From contig CAZKAF010000001.1 in assembly GCA_964550955.1 (NCBI GenBank), positions 238,728 to 302,727 of the forward strand: DNA of 64,000 bases. The letters run 5' to 3'. Both the position numbers and the translations under genes were made by a program. Under the pieces are notes generated by a model. It was not told the DNA's origin. It saw only the letters and a program-made list of their open reading frames with translations, and did no database searches. The first letter of the stretch is position 1, and each line of letters opens with the position of its first letter. This DNA comes from an uncultured Candidatus Saccharibacteria bacterium (GTDB lineage: Bacteria; Patescibacteriota; Minisyncoccia; Phycocordibacterales; CAIZLB01). Below, piece after piece: positions 39,138 to 47,943 of this stretch.

Positions 39138-39200
39138 GTGTATGAATATTTTATCCTATATCAGGGGAACTACCAAATAGCGCCAATGGCGCTATCGGGG

Positions 39201-40244
39201 TTACTTGGATTCGGCGATGTAGTATTTGCCGTCCTTGTCCTTTTTGAAAACTTTTGAGTTCTGGAGATTGACGAGAATGGTGTTCTCCTTGACGTATCGC
39301 TCCTTCATCACTTTCTGGATGATTTCTTCCTTCGTGAGAGGCCCGTGCTTGTTGATCATCTTCTGAATGACGTCCTTGACCACGCCGCTTGCGTATCCCC
39401 ATTCGGTAAGGGCATAGAGGCCCCGTCCGACGAGTACGAACCTCTTGTCCTTGATGAGCTCGTTGTGAGTCGTTGCGATGTGAGCCTTCTTGTCGAAGAG
39501 CTTCTCGATAAGCTTGGCAATGTCGCGGAAATGGATAGGCGAGCCGTGCTTTCTCATGGCGAGAAACGCATAGTCCCGGATGCCCTTGGTCTTGACGTTC
39601 TGAGAAGTTGCCTTGCCCCATTCGCCGAGAGGGTTCTTGGCCATGTGCTTTGAAATCTGGAGCCATCGCTTCGCGACTTCCTCGTTTCGGTACTTTTCAT
39701 TGACGTCCTTGAGGTGTTCCAGGAACGTTTCGATCATTTCTGATTCAGGGACGAGGTCGTCGTCGTTCAGGTTCTTGTAGAGCTTTCGAAGGGCTTCGTG
39801 GATTTTCTTGGACAGCTGGACGTCGACATGCCATCGATGCTTGAACTCGGGATCTTCCTTTTCCTTCTTGAACGCGTCGCCGACCACCAGGAGAAAATGA
39901 AGGTGATTCTGCGCAGACTCGTCCTTTGAGAAATGAGCGAGGAGCTCTTCTTCGGAAACCATGCCTCCGAGCTCGTGCACGTGCGAGACAAGCTCCTCGA
40001 ATACGGCTTTCTCCTGCTTGTAATACGCGGACTTCCGAATGTTCTGAAGCGCGGCATGCTCGATCTGTCGAACCCGCTCTCGCGTGATGCTGTACATTTC
40101 GCCAATGGCCTCAAGGGTCATTCGCTCATTGTTCTTGTCCAGTCCGTATCGCTTGGTAACCACGAGCCGAGCCCGTTCCGGCAAAGCCGCAAGGAGTCGC
40201 TTCGTGACATTCTTTGGTTTGAAACTGAGTGTGAGAGTTGCCAT
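39201..40244 (-). CDS. sigma-70 region-4 HTH domain protein with C-terminal HARE-HTH-like domain (putative transcription factor)
   Basis: N-terminus LPERARLVVTKRYGL...MTLEAIGEMYSITRERVRQIEHAALQNIRK is a textbook sigma-70 region 4.2. C-terminus ...FVLVGRGLYALTEWGY matches the HARE-HTH (RNAP delta N-terminal) consensus. No sigma regions 2 or 3. Confidence 0.6.
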   Translation of the reverse strand: MATLTLSFKPKNVTKRLLAALPERARLVVTKRYGLDKNNERMTLEAIGEMYSITRERVRQIEHAALQNIRKSAYYKQEKAVFEELVSHVHELGGMVSEEELLAHFSKDESAQNHLHFLLVVGDAFKKEKEDPEFKHRWHVDVQLSKKIHEALRKLYKNLNDDDLVPESEMIETFLEHLKDVNEKYRNEEVAKRWLQISKHMAKNPLGEWGKATSQNVKTKGIRDYAFLAMRKHGSPIHFRDIAKLIEKLFDKKAHIATTHNELIKDKRFVLVGRGLYALTEWGYASGVVKDVIQKMINKHGPLTKEEIIQKVMKERYVKENTILVNLQNSKVFKKDKDGKYYIAESK

Positions 40245-40346
40245 GTGTTTGATGTGTTATTTGTAGCATGTACGCTTGACGAAGTCAAGGATTCGGGGTG
40301 TTTGCGTTTTTGCGGGCCTTGTGCGTATCCCCTCTTTCTTAGCCTT

Positions 40347-42878
40347 TTAGCCGACTACGAGGTTAATAAGCTTCCCGCTGACATAGAAGGTTTTCGACGG
40401 CGATTTCCCTTCCAGCTTCTGGATTATCTCGGGCAGCGCGAGGGCCTTTTCAAGCACGTCGGACTCTTCATCGCTCGCGGTTTCAAAGACAGCCCTGACC
40501 TTGCTGTTTATCTGCACCACTATCTTGAACGTTCCCGATTCGAGCTTTTCCGGGTCATACGCAGGCCAAGATTCAAGATGAATGCTCTTCTTGTTGCCCA
40601 ATGCCGACCAGAGTTCTTCCGTGACATGAGGGGCGAACGGCGCGAGAAGCTTGAGGAGAGTTTCGTACGCTTCCCGGCTCACCTTTTCTTCCTTTTCAAA
40701 TGCATTGAGCAGAATCATAAGAGAGGAAACAGCCGTATTGAAACCAAGAGACTCTATATCGTCCCCCACCTTCTTGATCGTCTTATGAAGGAGAGATTCA
40801 GTTTCCTTATTCGTTGATAAATCTGCAGCCTTGTCGATTTTGGCAAATATGGAATATGCCCTTTCGATAAATCGCCTTGAGCCAATCATGCTTGCCGTAT
40901 TCCAGGCAATAGCTTGGTCAAACGGACCCATGAAGAGCTGGTAAACTCGCAGCGTATCGGCTCCGTAAATCTTGATGAGATCATCCGGATTCACGACATT
41001 TCCAATTGATTTGGACATCTTTACGCCGCCCTCTGCGAGAATCAGCCCATGCGAAGTTCGCTTTTGATACGGCTCCTTGGTATTTACCACGCCAATGTCA
41101 TAAAGAAATTTGTGCCAGAACCTTGAGTACAGGAGGTGCAGCGTCGTATGCTCCATTCCGCCGTTATACCAGTCGACAGGAAGCCAGTCAGCCATCTTTT
41201 TCGGATTAACTATTGCTTTCTTGTTTTTCGGATCTGCGTATCGAAGATAATACCAGCTCGAGCCAGCCCAGTTAGGCATGGTATCCGTTTCCCTCTTCGC
41301 GGGCTTCTTGCAAGCAGGACACTTAGTATTTACCCACGAAGAAATGGATGAGAGCGGGGACTCGCCGTCGTCAGTTGGTTCGTATTTTTTAACCTCAGGA
41401 AGCTTGACTGGCAAATCTTTCTCAGGGACGGGTACCCATCCGCACTCCTCGCATCGAATCATCGGAATCGGTTCGCCCCAATATCTCTGTCTTGAGAAAA
41501 TCCAGTCCCGGAGCTTGTATTTAGTGACGATCTTTCCGCCAACGGCTTCCGTTATGGCGATTCGAGCTTCCGCTGACGACATTCCGTCAAACTTTCCCGA
41601 GTTCACAAGAAAACCGTCCTGGGCTCTGATATGAGAAAACCATTCAGCGCTGTCAAAAGCCGAAAGATCCTCAAAAGGCACTTCCGATTCAGAGACTTTT
41701 TTAGGTGCGACAACCAACGGCATTTTCATTTTGTATTTCTGAGCAAATTGGAAATCCCTTTCGTCATGCGCAGGAACCGCCATGACAGCGCCCGTTCCAT
41801 AGGAGGCTAACACATAGTCAGCGATCCAAACCGGAACCTCCTCTCCGTTTGCAGGATTGATTGCCACAACCCCTTTGAGCTCAACGCCTGTCTTTTCTTT
41901 GCCTTCGGCCGTCCTGTCCATTTCCTCCTTCTTGCTTGATGCCTGGATATAAGACCTCGCTTCATCAGCATTCTTGATTGAAGGCAGGAGCCGCTTCACG
42001 AGTTCAGATTCAGGGGCGAGCACGACGTACGTCACGCCGAAAAGCGTATCCGCTCGCGTAGTGAACACGTTGATAGCTTCTTCTGAATTCTTAATCCTGA
42101 AGGAAAGCTCGGACCCTTCGCTTCGTCCAATCCAATTTCGCTGCTGAATTTTTATTTTATCCCAATAATCGACATCATCGAGATCCTTGTCGAGCCTGTC
42201 CGCATATTTGGTGATGGCGAGAACCCATTGATCCTTGTCGCGCTTTTCAACCTGAGTTCCGCATCGCTCGCAGCAGCCATTTACTACCTCTTCATTTGCA
42301 AGACCAATTTTGTCTTTCGGGCACCAGTTGATGGTGAGTCTTGACTTATAAGCCAGACCCTCTTTGTACATCTGCAAGAAAATCCACTGCGTCCACTTAT
42401 AATACGCAGGGTCGGTCGTATTGATTTCGCGAGACCAGTCAAAAGAAATTCCTACAGCCTTAAGCTGCCGCCTGAACGTATCAGCATTTTGCTTCGTCGC
42501 TTTTTGCGGGGATATACCCGTCTTGATGGCGTAATTTTCCGTAGGAAGGCCGAATGCATCCCAGCCTATTGGAAAGAGGACGTTCTGCCCTTCCGCTCGC
42601 CTTTTTCTTGAAACAACATCCATGGCTGTATAGCTTCTAGTATGGCCAGTATGCAAACCTGCACCGGACGGAAACGGAAACTCAACAAGCACAAACATTT
42701 TTTTAGGAGCATCCGGACCTTTCTTGGCCGCCAGCTTGTCATCCGCCCTATAAAACTTTTTTGCCTCCCAGTATTTTTGCCACTTCTTCTCGACCTTCAA
42801 ATGGTCGTATGGCTTGAGAACGACAATCTTCTTTGCCTTATCTTGCCCGGTCTTATTTTGAGCCTTCTGTTTCTTCAT
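40347..42878 (-). CDS. leuS: leucyl-tRNA synthetase
   Basis: HTGHTRSY (HIGH-class motif), KMSKS, a CP1 editing domain, and Zn-binding Cys pairs. Confidence 0.93.
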   Translation of the reverse strand: MKKQKAQNKTGQDKAKKIVVLKPYDHLKVEKKWQKYWEAKKFYRADDKLAAKKGPDAPKKMFVLVEFPFPSGAGLHTGHTRSYTAMDVVSRKRRAEGQNVLFPIGWDAFGLPTENYAIKTGISPQKATKQNADTFRRQLKAVGISFDWSREINTTDPAYYKWTQWIFLQMYKEGLAYKSRLTINWCPKDKIGLANEEVVNGCCERCGTQVEKRDKDQWVLAITKYADRLDKDLDDVDYWDKIKIQQRNWIGRSEGSELSFRIKNSEEAINVFTTRADTLFGVTYVVLAPESELVKRLLPSIKNADEARSYIQASSKKEEMDRTAEGKEKTGVELKGVVAINPANGEEVPVWIADYVLASYGTGAVMAVPAHDERDFQFAQKYKMKMPLVVAPKKVSESEVPFEDLSAFDSAEWFSHIRAQDGFLVNSGKFDGMSSAEARIAITEAVGGKIVTKYKLRDWIFSRQRYWGEPIPMIRCEECGWVPVPEKDLPVKLPEVKKYEPTDDGESPLSSISSWVNTKCPACKKPAKRETDTMPNWAGSSWYYLRYADPKNKKAIVNPKKMADWLPVDWYNGGMEHTTLHLLYSRFWHKFLYDIGVVNTKEPYQKRTSHGLILAEGGVKMSKSIGNVVNPDDLIKIYGADTLRVYQLFMGPFDQAIAWNTASMIGSRRFIERAYSIFAKIDKAADLSTNKETESLLHKTIKKVGDDIESLGFNTAVSSLMILLNAFEKEEKVSREAYETLLKLLAPFAPHVTEELWSALGNKKSIHLESWPAYDPEKLESGTFKIVVQINSKVRAVFETASDEESDVLEKALALPEIIQKLEGKSPSKTFYVSGKLINLVVG

Positions 42879-43866
42879 GGATGTATTTTTTGTTTAGATA
42901 ATATGTAGCATATCCCAGTCCAATAATCAAAAATCCGATGAGAACCAGCAGAAGCGCCCATCCAATACTGTCAGAGAAATATTCGGCTGAAATCTTTACG
43001 AGGTATACGGCGATAGCCAGCGCCGAAACAATAAGCGCGGGCGTTGACCTCAAGTTGATGCTGAGCGCGACCGCTCCGACGAGAACGAATGCGTAGAGGA
43101 GATTCCAGACGCCTGACAGGAAGAGGGCCGAGCCCAGGAACAGGGCGAAAGCCGCAAACGTATACAGCTTGTGCAATCGCATCAGGCCGAACTTGGATTT
43201 CAGCCATGAGCCGTATGAGAGGTATCCGAGAGCGAGAATCATCGACGTGTATACGAAGATGTCTTTCAAGAAAGAGAACGTGAATCCGGATCCCTGTATC
43301 ATCCTCGAAACAAACGCGTAGACGAACCATGTGGCAAATGCCGTCGAGATGACATGCAGGATGCTTTTTCTCGTGGCCCAAAGCGCGGATGCGAATACGG
43401 CGAGAGAGATTCCGCTCACGAACATGTGAGCGGCCGAGCCCGTGACGCCCGGCAAAAACCAAGGCTCGCTGAGAAGCACCGCGAAGCCGGCAGGAGCGAG
43501 AGCGGCGGATACCGCGAAATAAGCGGAGGATTCGCCGTTCTTTTCTTTTCGGAATGAAGATATCGCGAGCGCATACGAAGCCAAGGAAATGCCCAGCGTG
43601 GAAATGATTCTTCCGGCAAAGCCTATTTCCTCCCAGTTCTGGCCGAGAAGGATGATGACTCCGACAACCGCGATGAGTCCTCCGATGCCGAAGAGAACCT
43701 TGCTCACGAGAGAATTTGTAGCTGACCGCTTTGCGGAGACGGAAGCGGCGGAAGTGACGCCTGCGCCAAGGTCAGGCGCGCCGATAAGGTTCTGCAAGTC
43801 AGCCTTCGTAATTTCGCCGCTTCTGATTGACTCCTGGATCGTCCTGAGCAATTCTTGGTTTGTCAT
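42853..43866 (-). CDS. hypothetical polytopic membrane protein
   Basis: 337 aa, soluble N-terminal about 50 aa, then 8 or more hydrophobic helices. Confidence 0.5.
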   Translation of the reverse strand: MTNQELLRTIQESIRSGEITKADLQNLIGAPDLGAGVTSAASVSAKRSATNSLVSKVLFGIGGLIAVVGVIILLGQNWEEIGFAGRIISTLGISLASYALAISSFRKEKNGESSAYFAVSAALAPAGFAVLLSEPWFLPGVTGSAAHMFVSGISLAVFASALWATRKSILHVISTAFATWFVYAFVSRMIQGSGFTFSFLKDIFVYTSMILALGYLSYGSWLKSKFGLMRLHKLYTFAAFALFLGSALFLSGVWNLLYAFVLVGAVALSINLRSTPALIVSALAIAVYLVKISAEYFSDSIGWALLLVLIGFLIIGLGYATYYLNKKYIHEETEGSK

Positions 43867-43960
43867 GTTTTTTTTCGTTAGTTTTTTATTAAATGAGTTT
43901 TTTCTTCAGCTCGGGCTGTCATTTTTGCGCCCTGCCAAAGTCATGCCGCCCTTCCCTCTC

Positions 43961-44554
43961 TTACCTTACCCAGCCGATGAACCTGAAGTCCCGACTTCCG
44001 TACGCGCTTTCATCGGTGGTTTCCAGATTCAAGGTTCGAATCGGGCCGTTTTTTATCAGATAAATGCCGCTCCTGTCGTTGCTGCTGCCGAACAGCTCGA
44101 AAATGCCGTTATGGCCGTATCTGTACGCGACCTGGAATCCGTCCGGGGATTCCTTCTCAGAGACGATCGTATGCTGGCCGACGGATTCCGGAGCAATTTT
44201 AGACGACGTGTCGGTCACGAAGTCATACAGATACAGATCAGGCGCGTCCTTGAATGCCGTCGGAAAGCCGTTGCACGGCTTCTTCAGGTCCTCCTCAGGC
44301 GCGTCCGAGAACGGAGAAACATAGAAATCCTTCATGATTATCTTGTTGGCAGAATCGAGCTCGTAGTATTTTCGGTAAATCGTGCAAATGTTGTTGCCGA
44401 ATGCGTAGTACCTGCTCCCGATATCTTCGGTGTATACGAACTTGTATTCGGGCTTGCTTAAATATTTGGGCAGCAAGGCAAAAAGCGCCACGATGATTAT
44501 TAAAAGTATTGGCAATCCGATGGCCACTATCAAGGGCAGGTTCTCTTTTTTCAT
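43961..44554 (-). CDS. hypothetical membrane-anchored/secreted protein
   Basis: 197 aa with an N-terminal signal anchor (LPLIVAIGLPILLIIIVALFALL). Confidence 0.4.
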   Translation of the reverse strand: MKKENLPLIVAIGLPILLIIIVALFALLPKYLSKPEYKFVYTEDIGSRYYAFGNNICTIYRKYYELDSANKIIMKDFYVSPFSDAPEEDLKKPCNGFPTAFKDAPDLYLYDFVTDTSSKIAPESVGQHTIVSEKESPDGFQVAYRYGHNGIFELFGSSNDRSGIYLIKNGPIRTLNLETTDESAYGSRDFRFIGWVR

Positions 44555-44654
44555 ATGCGGACATTATACCACTTCGAAGAGATGAGGGTAAGGCGGGTTC
44601 CGAGGCCGCCCCTGTCATTGATTTTTGCTTTTGCGGAAGGCGCGCGGCGTCGAA

Positions 44655-45227
44655 TTAATCAGCAAATTCTATCGAATCGAACACTTTTTCCATGTCGTCC
44701 GGGAAAGACGGCTGATTGGCCTTGTTTTTGGAATTGATGAAAGTCACGATCGAGAACGCCTTGCCCGCATGATCCAGGTAGATGGCAGTCTCATATACGT
44801 CCGAGTCGAGATTCGTGAATTTTGTTTTCAGCACCGCGTCTATCCTGATCGCGCTTTTGCCGCCGACCGTGACATTTCTAGGGGAGCTGAATTCTGCATA
44901 ATCAGTCGGGATAAGGCCGCTCGACTGTTCCATGTCGGCAACGGCTTCCGCCGCAGTCCCTTCCAACGCCCCTATAAGAAGCGACCCCTCCAGGGGATCC
45001 TGCACCGAGCCGAGTCTCAGATGCACCTGGACGGCCTCGCCCTCGCCTTCCGGCGAGTCAACCAAGTTCATGTAGCTCGGATATGAAAATTTGATTGCCA
45101 AATCGCCGCCTTCGTATGCGCGCCAATTATCTGCCCTGAAATATGCCCAGCCGGCAATGGACAGCGCGACGACGGCCAGCGTTGCTGACAGAACTGCCAC
45201 AATCAAGGCTTTTCTTTTGTTTTTCAT
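44655..45227 (-). CDS. hypothetical membrane-anchored/secreted protein
   Basis: 190 aa with an N-terminal signal anchor (ALIVAVLSATLAVVALSIAGWAY). Confidence 0.4.
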   Translation of the reverse strand: MKNKRKALIVAVLSATLAVVALSIAGWAYFRADNWRAYEGGDLAIKFSYPSYMNLVDSPEGEGEAVQVHLRLGSVQDPLEGSLLIGALEGTAAEAVADMEQSSGLIPTDYAEFSSPRNVTVGGKSAIRIDAVLKTKFTNLDSDVYETAIYLDHAGKAFSIVTFINSKNKANQPSFPDDMEKVFDSIEFAD

Positions 45228-45270
45228 AATGAATCAATTATATCCTGCAAAGGCCGGGATTCAAAAGAAT

Positions 45271-46377
45271 CTAGACCCGGAATTCCATCACATCTCCATC
45301 CTTAACGATGTACTCCTTTCCTTCCGTTCGTAGAAGTCCTTTTTCTCGTGCAGCTGCAAATGAGCCGGCATCAAGAAGCTCGCTCCAGAGAATGACTTCG
45401 GCTCGGATAAATTTATCCTTGAAGTCCGTATGAATGGCGGTTCCTGCCATCGGGGCATTCCAGCCTTTTCCGATAGTCCACGCCCTAGTCTCCTTCTCGC
45501 CTGTCGTAAAGTACGTATGCAGGTTCAAGAGGTCGTATCCAGTCTTTATCAGGTTATCGATGCCGTCGTCCGAAGCGCCAAGTTCCTGTCTGAACATTGC
45601 TTTCTCCTCGCCTTCCATATCCATGAGCTCATGCTCGACTTTCGCATCAACAATCACCCACTTGGCATTTCGCGCGGCCAGGTAATCCGTAAGCGCCTTG
45701 AATCGGGGGTCGCCGCCCCCAGCAAGCTCGTCGAGGTTCGCTCCGCCCGACTTCTTGTTCAAGACATACATGATCGGCTTCATTGTAAGAAGCTGAAGAT
45801 TCTTGATGGATTCTTTCTCGTCGTCAGTGAGAGCGGCAGTCTGAGCCAATTCTCCCACATCGAGAACAACCTTGATCTTCTCAAGCGCCTCTTTCTCAGC
45901 GATAGCCGCCTTGTCGCCTCGCTTGGCATCCTTCTCGACGCTGCCGAGCCGCTTGGTGACCGTCTGGGCATCGGCGAGAATAAGCTCAAAGTTAATGACC
46001 TGGATGTCATCGACAGGGCTTACCTTGCCGTCCACATGAATCACATTCTGATCTTCGAAGATTCGCACCACTTCGGCAATGGCATCAACCTCTCGAATAT
46101 GAGAGAGGAATTGGTTTCCGAGACCTTCGCCTTCTGAAGCGCCCTTCACGAGGCCTGCGATGTCCACAAACTCGACAGCTGCCGGAACGGTCTTCTGGGT
46201 CTGCGAGAACGCAGCAAGCTTGTGGAGCCGCTCGTCAGGAACGGCAACGACGCCGACCGAAGGGTCGATGGTGCAGAACGGGTAGTTCTCCGCCGGAACG
46301 GACTTCTTTGTGAGCGCATTGAAAAGCGTGGACTTTCCGACGTTCGGAAGGCCTACGATGCCGATTGATAGTTTCAT
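45271..46377 (-). CDS. ychF: ribosome-binding ATPase YchF (Obg-family)
   Basis: GIVGLPNVGKSTLFNAL G1 motif, and a C-terminal TGS domain pattern. Confidence 0.92.
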   Translation of the reverse strand: MKLSIGIVGLPNVGKSTLFNALTKKSVPAENYPFCTIDPSVGVVAVPDERLHKLAAFSQTQKTVPAAVEFVDIAGLVKGASEGEGLGNQFLSHIREVDAIAEVVRIFEDQNVIHVDGKVSPVDDIQVINFELILADAQTVTKRLGSVEKDAKRGDKAAIAEKEALEKIKVVLDVGELAQTAALTDDEKESIKNLQLLTMKPIMYVLNKKSGGANLDELAGGGDPRFKALTDYLAARNAKWVIVDAKVEHELMDMEGEEKAMFRQELGASDDGIDNLIKTGYDLLNLHTYFTTGEKETRAWTIGKGWNAPMAGTAIHTDFKDKFIRAEVILWSELLDAGSFAAAREKGLLRTEGKEYIVKDGDVMEFRV

Positions 46378-46488
46378 AGACTAGGAGTGTAACACATCGC
46401 GCTTTGGGACGGAAATTCTAATTTCTGCAAATAAGCAAATATGTTTCTGGAGTTTTTATGCACGCAATTTTACATGCAAAAAAACTAT

Positions 46489-46517
46489 TTGACCACACAC
46501 CCTTCATTGACTACTAT
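46489..46517 (+). promoter_or_regulatory. candidate sigma-70-type promoter for plus-strand islet genes
   Basis: TTGACC (46489-46494), a 17-nt spacer, then TACTAT (46512-46517), 14 nt before the ATG at 46532. Sits in AT-rich sequence, so specificity is low. Confidence 0.25.
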
Positions 46518-46531
46518 TTAGCTCACAAATT

Positions 46532-46897
46532 ATGAACAATGACAACCATACCGCAACAAGTATCGAGGAGACGAATTACACTGATTTCACAGCCTTACTC
46601 AAGGAAATGAATCACTGTCCAGGCGGCAAGAAGACGATTAATGACTTCGAACTCTATTTTGAAGAATCGCACGCCTTATCATCGAGAGATGATAAGGATA
46701 TCGCCGAATATGTTGATTATTTTTTGCAAAAAGATCATATCAAGCACATGCAATCAGATGTGAAGAATGCCATCAAAGACAAATGGATGAATATCCTCAA
46801 AGTATTCAATGAGAATCACAAATATCTAGGCTACGACATAATTATTTTCAGAAAGAGACTTGAGCCTGAGGAGCCAGAATTATTCATCAGTAAATAA
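46532..46897 (+). CDS. hypothetical protein (in low-GC islet)
   Basis: 121-aa plus-strand ORF in an AT-rich segment; no motif. Confidence 0.4.
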   Translation: MNNDNHTATSIEETNYTDFTALLKEMNHCPGGKKTINDFELYFEESHALSSRDDKDIAEYVDYFLQKDHIKHMQSDVKNAIKDKWMNILKVFNENHKYLGYDIIIFRKRLEPEEPELFISK

Positions 46898-46919
46898 ACA
46901 TCTAAACTACTTTAAAACT

Positions 46920-47336
46920 ATGACAAATCATTTTGCAGTCAACACCGAGGCAGCTATTTATAAAGACGGGAAATGGCTCGTGGGAGTTAGATCAGAAAAG
47001 GAAAGTGAAGGGGCGGGACTTCTCGCTTTTGTCGGAGGAACCGTTGAGCACGGTGATGCGCTTGTCGATACTCTTGAGAGTGCGGTTATACGAGAAGTTC
47101 AGGAAGAAATCGGAGTCAAGGTGAAGGTGCTTGATTTCGTAAACAGCACCTCATTCGTCTCAAAAAAAGGCAATCATGTGATCAATATAGTATTTCTATG
47201 CGAGATAGAGAATGGAGAAGTACCGAAGGTAGTAAGCGAGGATGAAATGAGCTCGCTATTTATGGCTAACAACCGACGAAATCATCAACTATCCCAACTC
47301 ACCAAAATGGCTCTGGGCAAGTCTCAAGAAGGCTAA
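46920..47336 (+). CDS. NUDIX hydrolase (in low-GC islet)
   Basis: NUDIX box GGTVEHGDALVDTLESAVIREVQEEIGV. Start placed at the MTNHFAVN Met; the longer ORF begins at 46860. Confidence 0.7.
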   Translation: MTNHFAVNTEAAIYKDGKWLVGVRSEKESEGAGLLAFVGGTVEHGDALVDTLESAVIREVQEEIGVKVKVLDFVNSTSFVSKKGNHVINIVFLCEIENGEVPKVVSEDEMSSLFMANNRRNHQLSQLTKMALGKSQEG

Positions 47337-47363
47337 TGAGCTCGCTCGTAAAATTTTCAATTC

Positions 47364-47555
47364 TTAAGAGAGTAAATCCACAGTCTCGAGCCATTCTTCT
47401 TTTGGTATTTTATCTTTTACAATTCGTTCCTCTACCAATAATTGCAAGATGCTTATTTTTTCAGCATCAATATTCCTTTTTTCAATCAAATTTTCAAAAG
47501 AATCAGACGCGATAGGCTCAGAAGAATGTTCAAAATGAGTATGTTTTTCTGACAT
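47364..47555 (-). CDS. hypothetical small protein
   Basis: 63-aa ORF in AT-rich sequence; weak. Confidence 0.2.
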   Translation of the reverse strand: MSEKHTHFEHSSEPIASDSFENLIEKRNIDAEKISILQLLVEERIVKDKIPKEEWLETVDLLS

Positions 47556-47580
47556 TTCAATAATTACATTAAATGTATGT

Positions 47581-47823
47581 TTACTTCCCCTGCCTTTGCA
47601 TCAGTTTCTGGAGCTCGCCTTGATGCTTTCGCATCACTTCCATGGTCGCGGCCATCTGGTTCTTGCCCTGCTTAGTCAGTGCTTCGACTTCTTTTGCGAT
47701 ATTCTCGAAAAATTCAGGGTTCTTCTCTACGAGGGAAATAATGCGCTCTTGCTCAGCTTCGGGCACGCCCTTCATCTGCCGCTTGAGCATCTGCTTCATT
47801 AAAAAGTTTTTGAAAAATGCCAT
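47581..47823 (-). CDS. hypothetical small basic protein
   Basis: 80-aa ORF, Lys/Met/Gln-rich; no motif. Confidence 0.3.
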   Translation of the reverse strand: MAFFKNFLMKQMLKRQMKGVPEAEQERIISLVEKNPEFFENIAKEVEALTKQGKNQMAATMEVMRKHQGELQKLMQRQGK

Positions 47824-47943
47824 ATGGGTAGAATAGTATCACAGAACGACTTCGCGGCAAAAGGCGCCGGACTCCGGGCAAGCATGACGCCCCTCAGGAA
47901 AGTTCGAGATTCGCGGCCAGTAAGGGAGTGCCGCAAGAGCGTG

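Noticed and set aside
45252-45281. CCGGG-N18-CCCGG hairpin at the ychF 3' end as a terminator
   Set aside because: The stem is only 5 bp with an 18-nt loop and has no following T-run on the coding strand, which is too weak to call.
47581-47823. 80-aa Met/Lys/Gln-rich ORF as a fragment of the SRP54 (Ffh) M-domain
   Set aside because: Only a compositional resemblance (Met-rich, basic). No conserved Ffh motif could be aligned, so it stays hypothetical.
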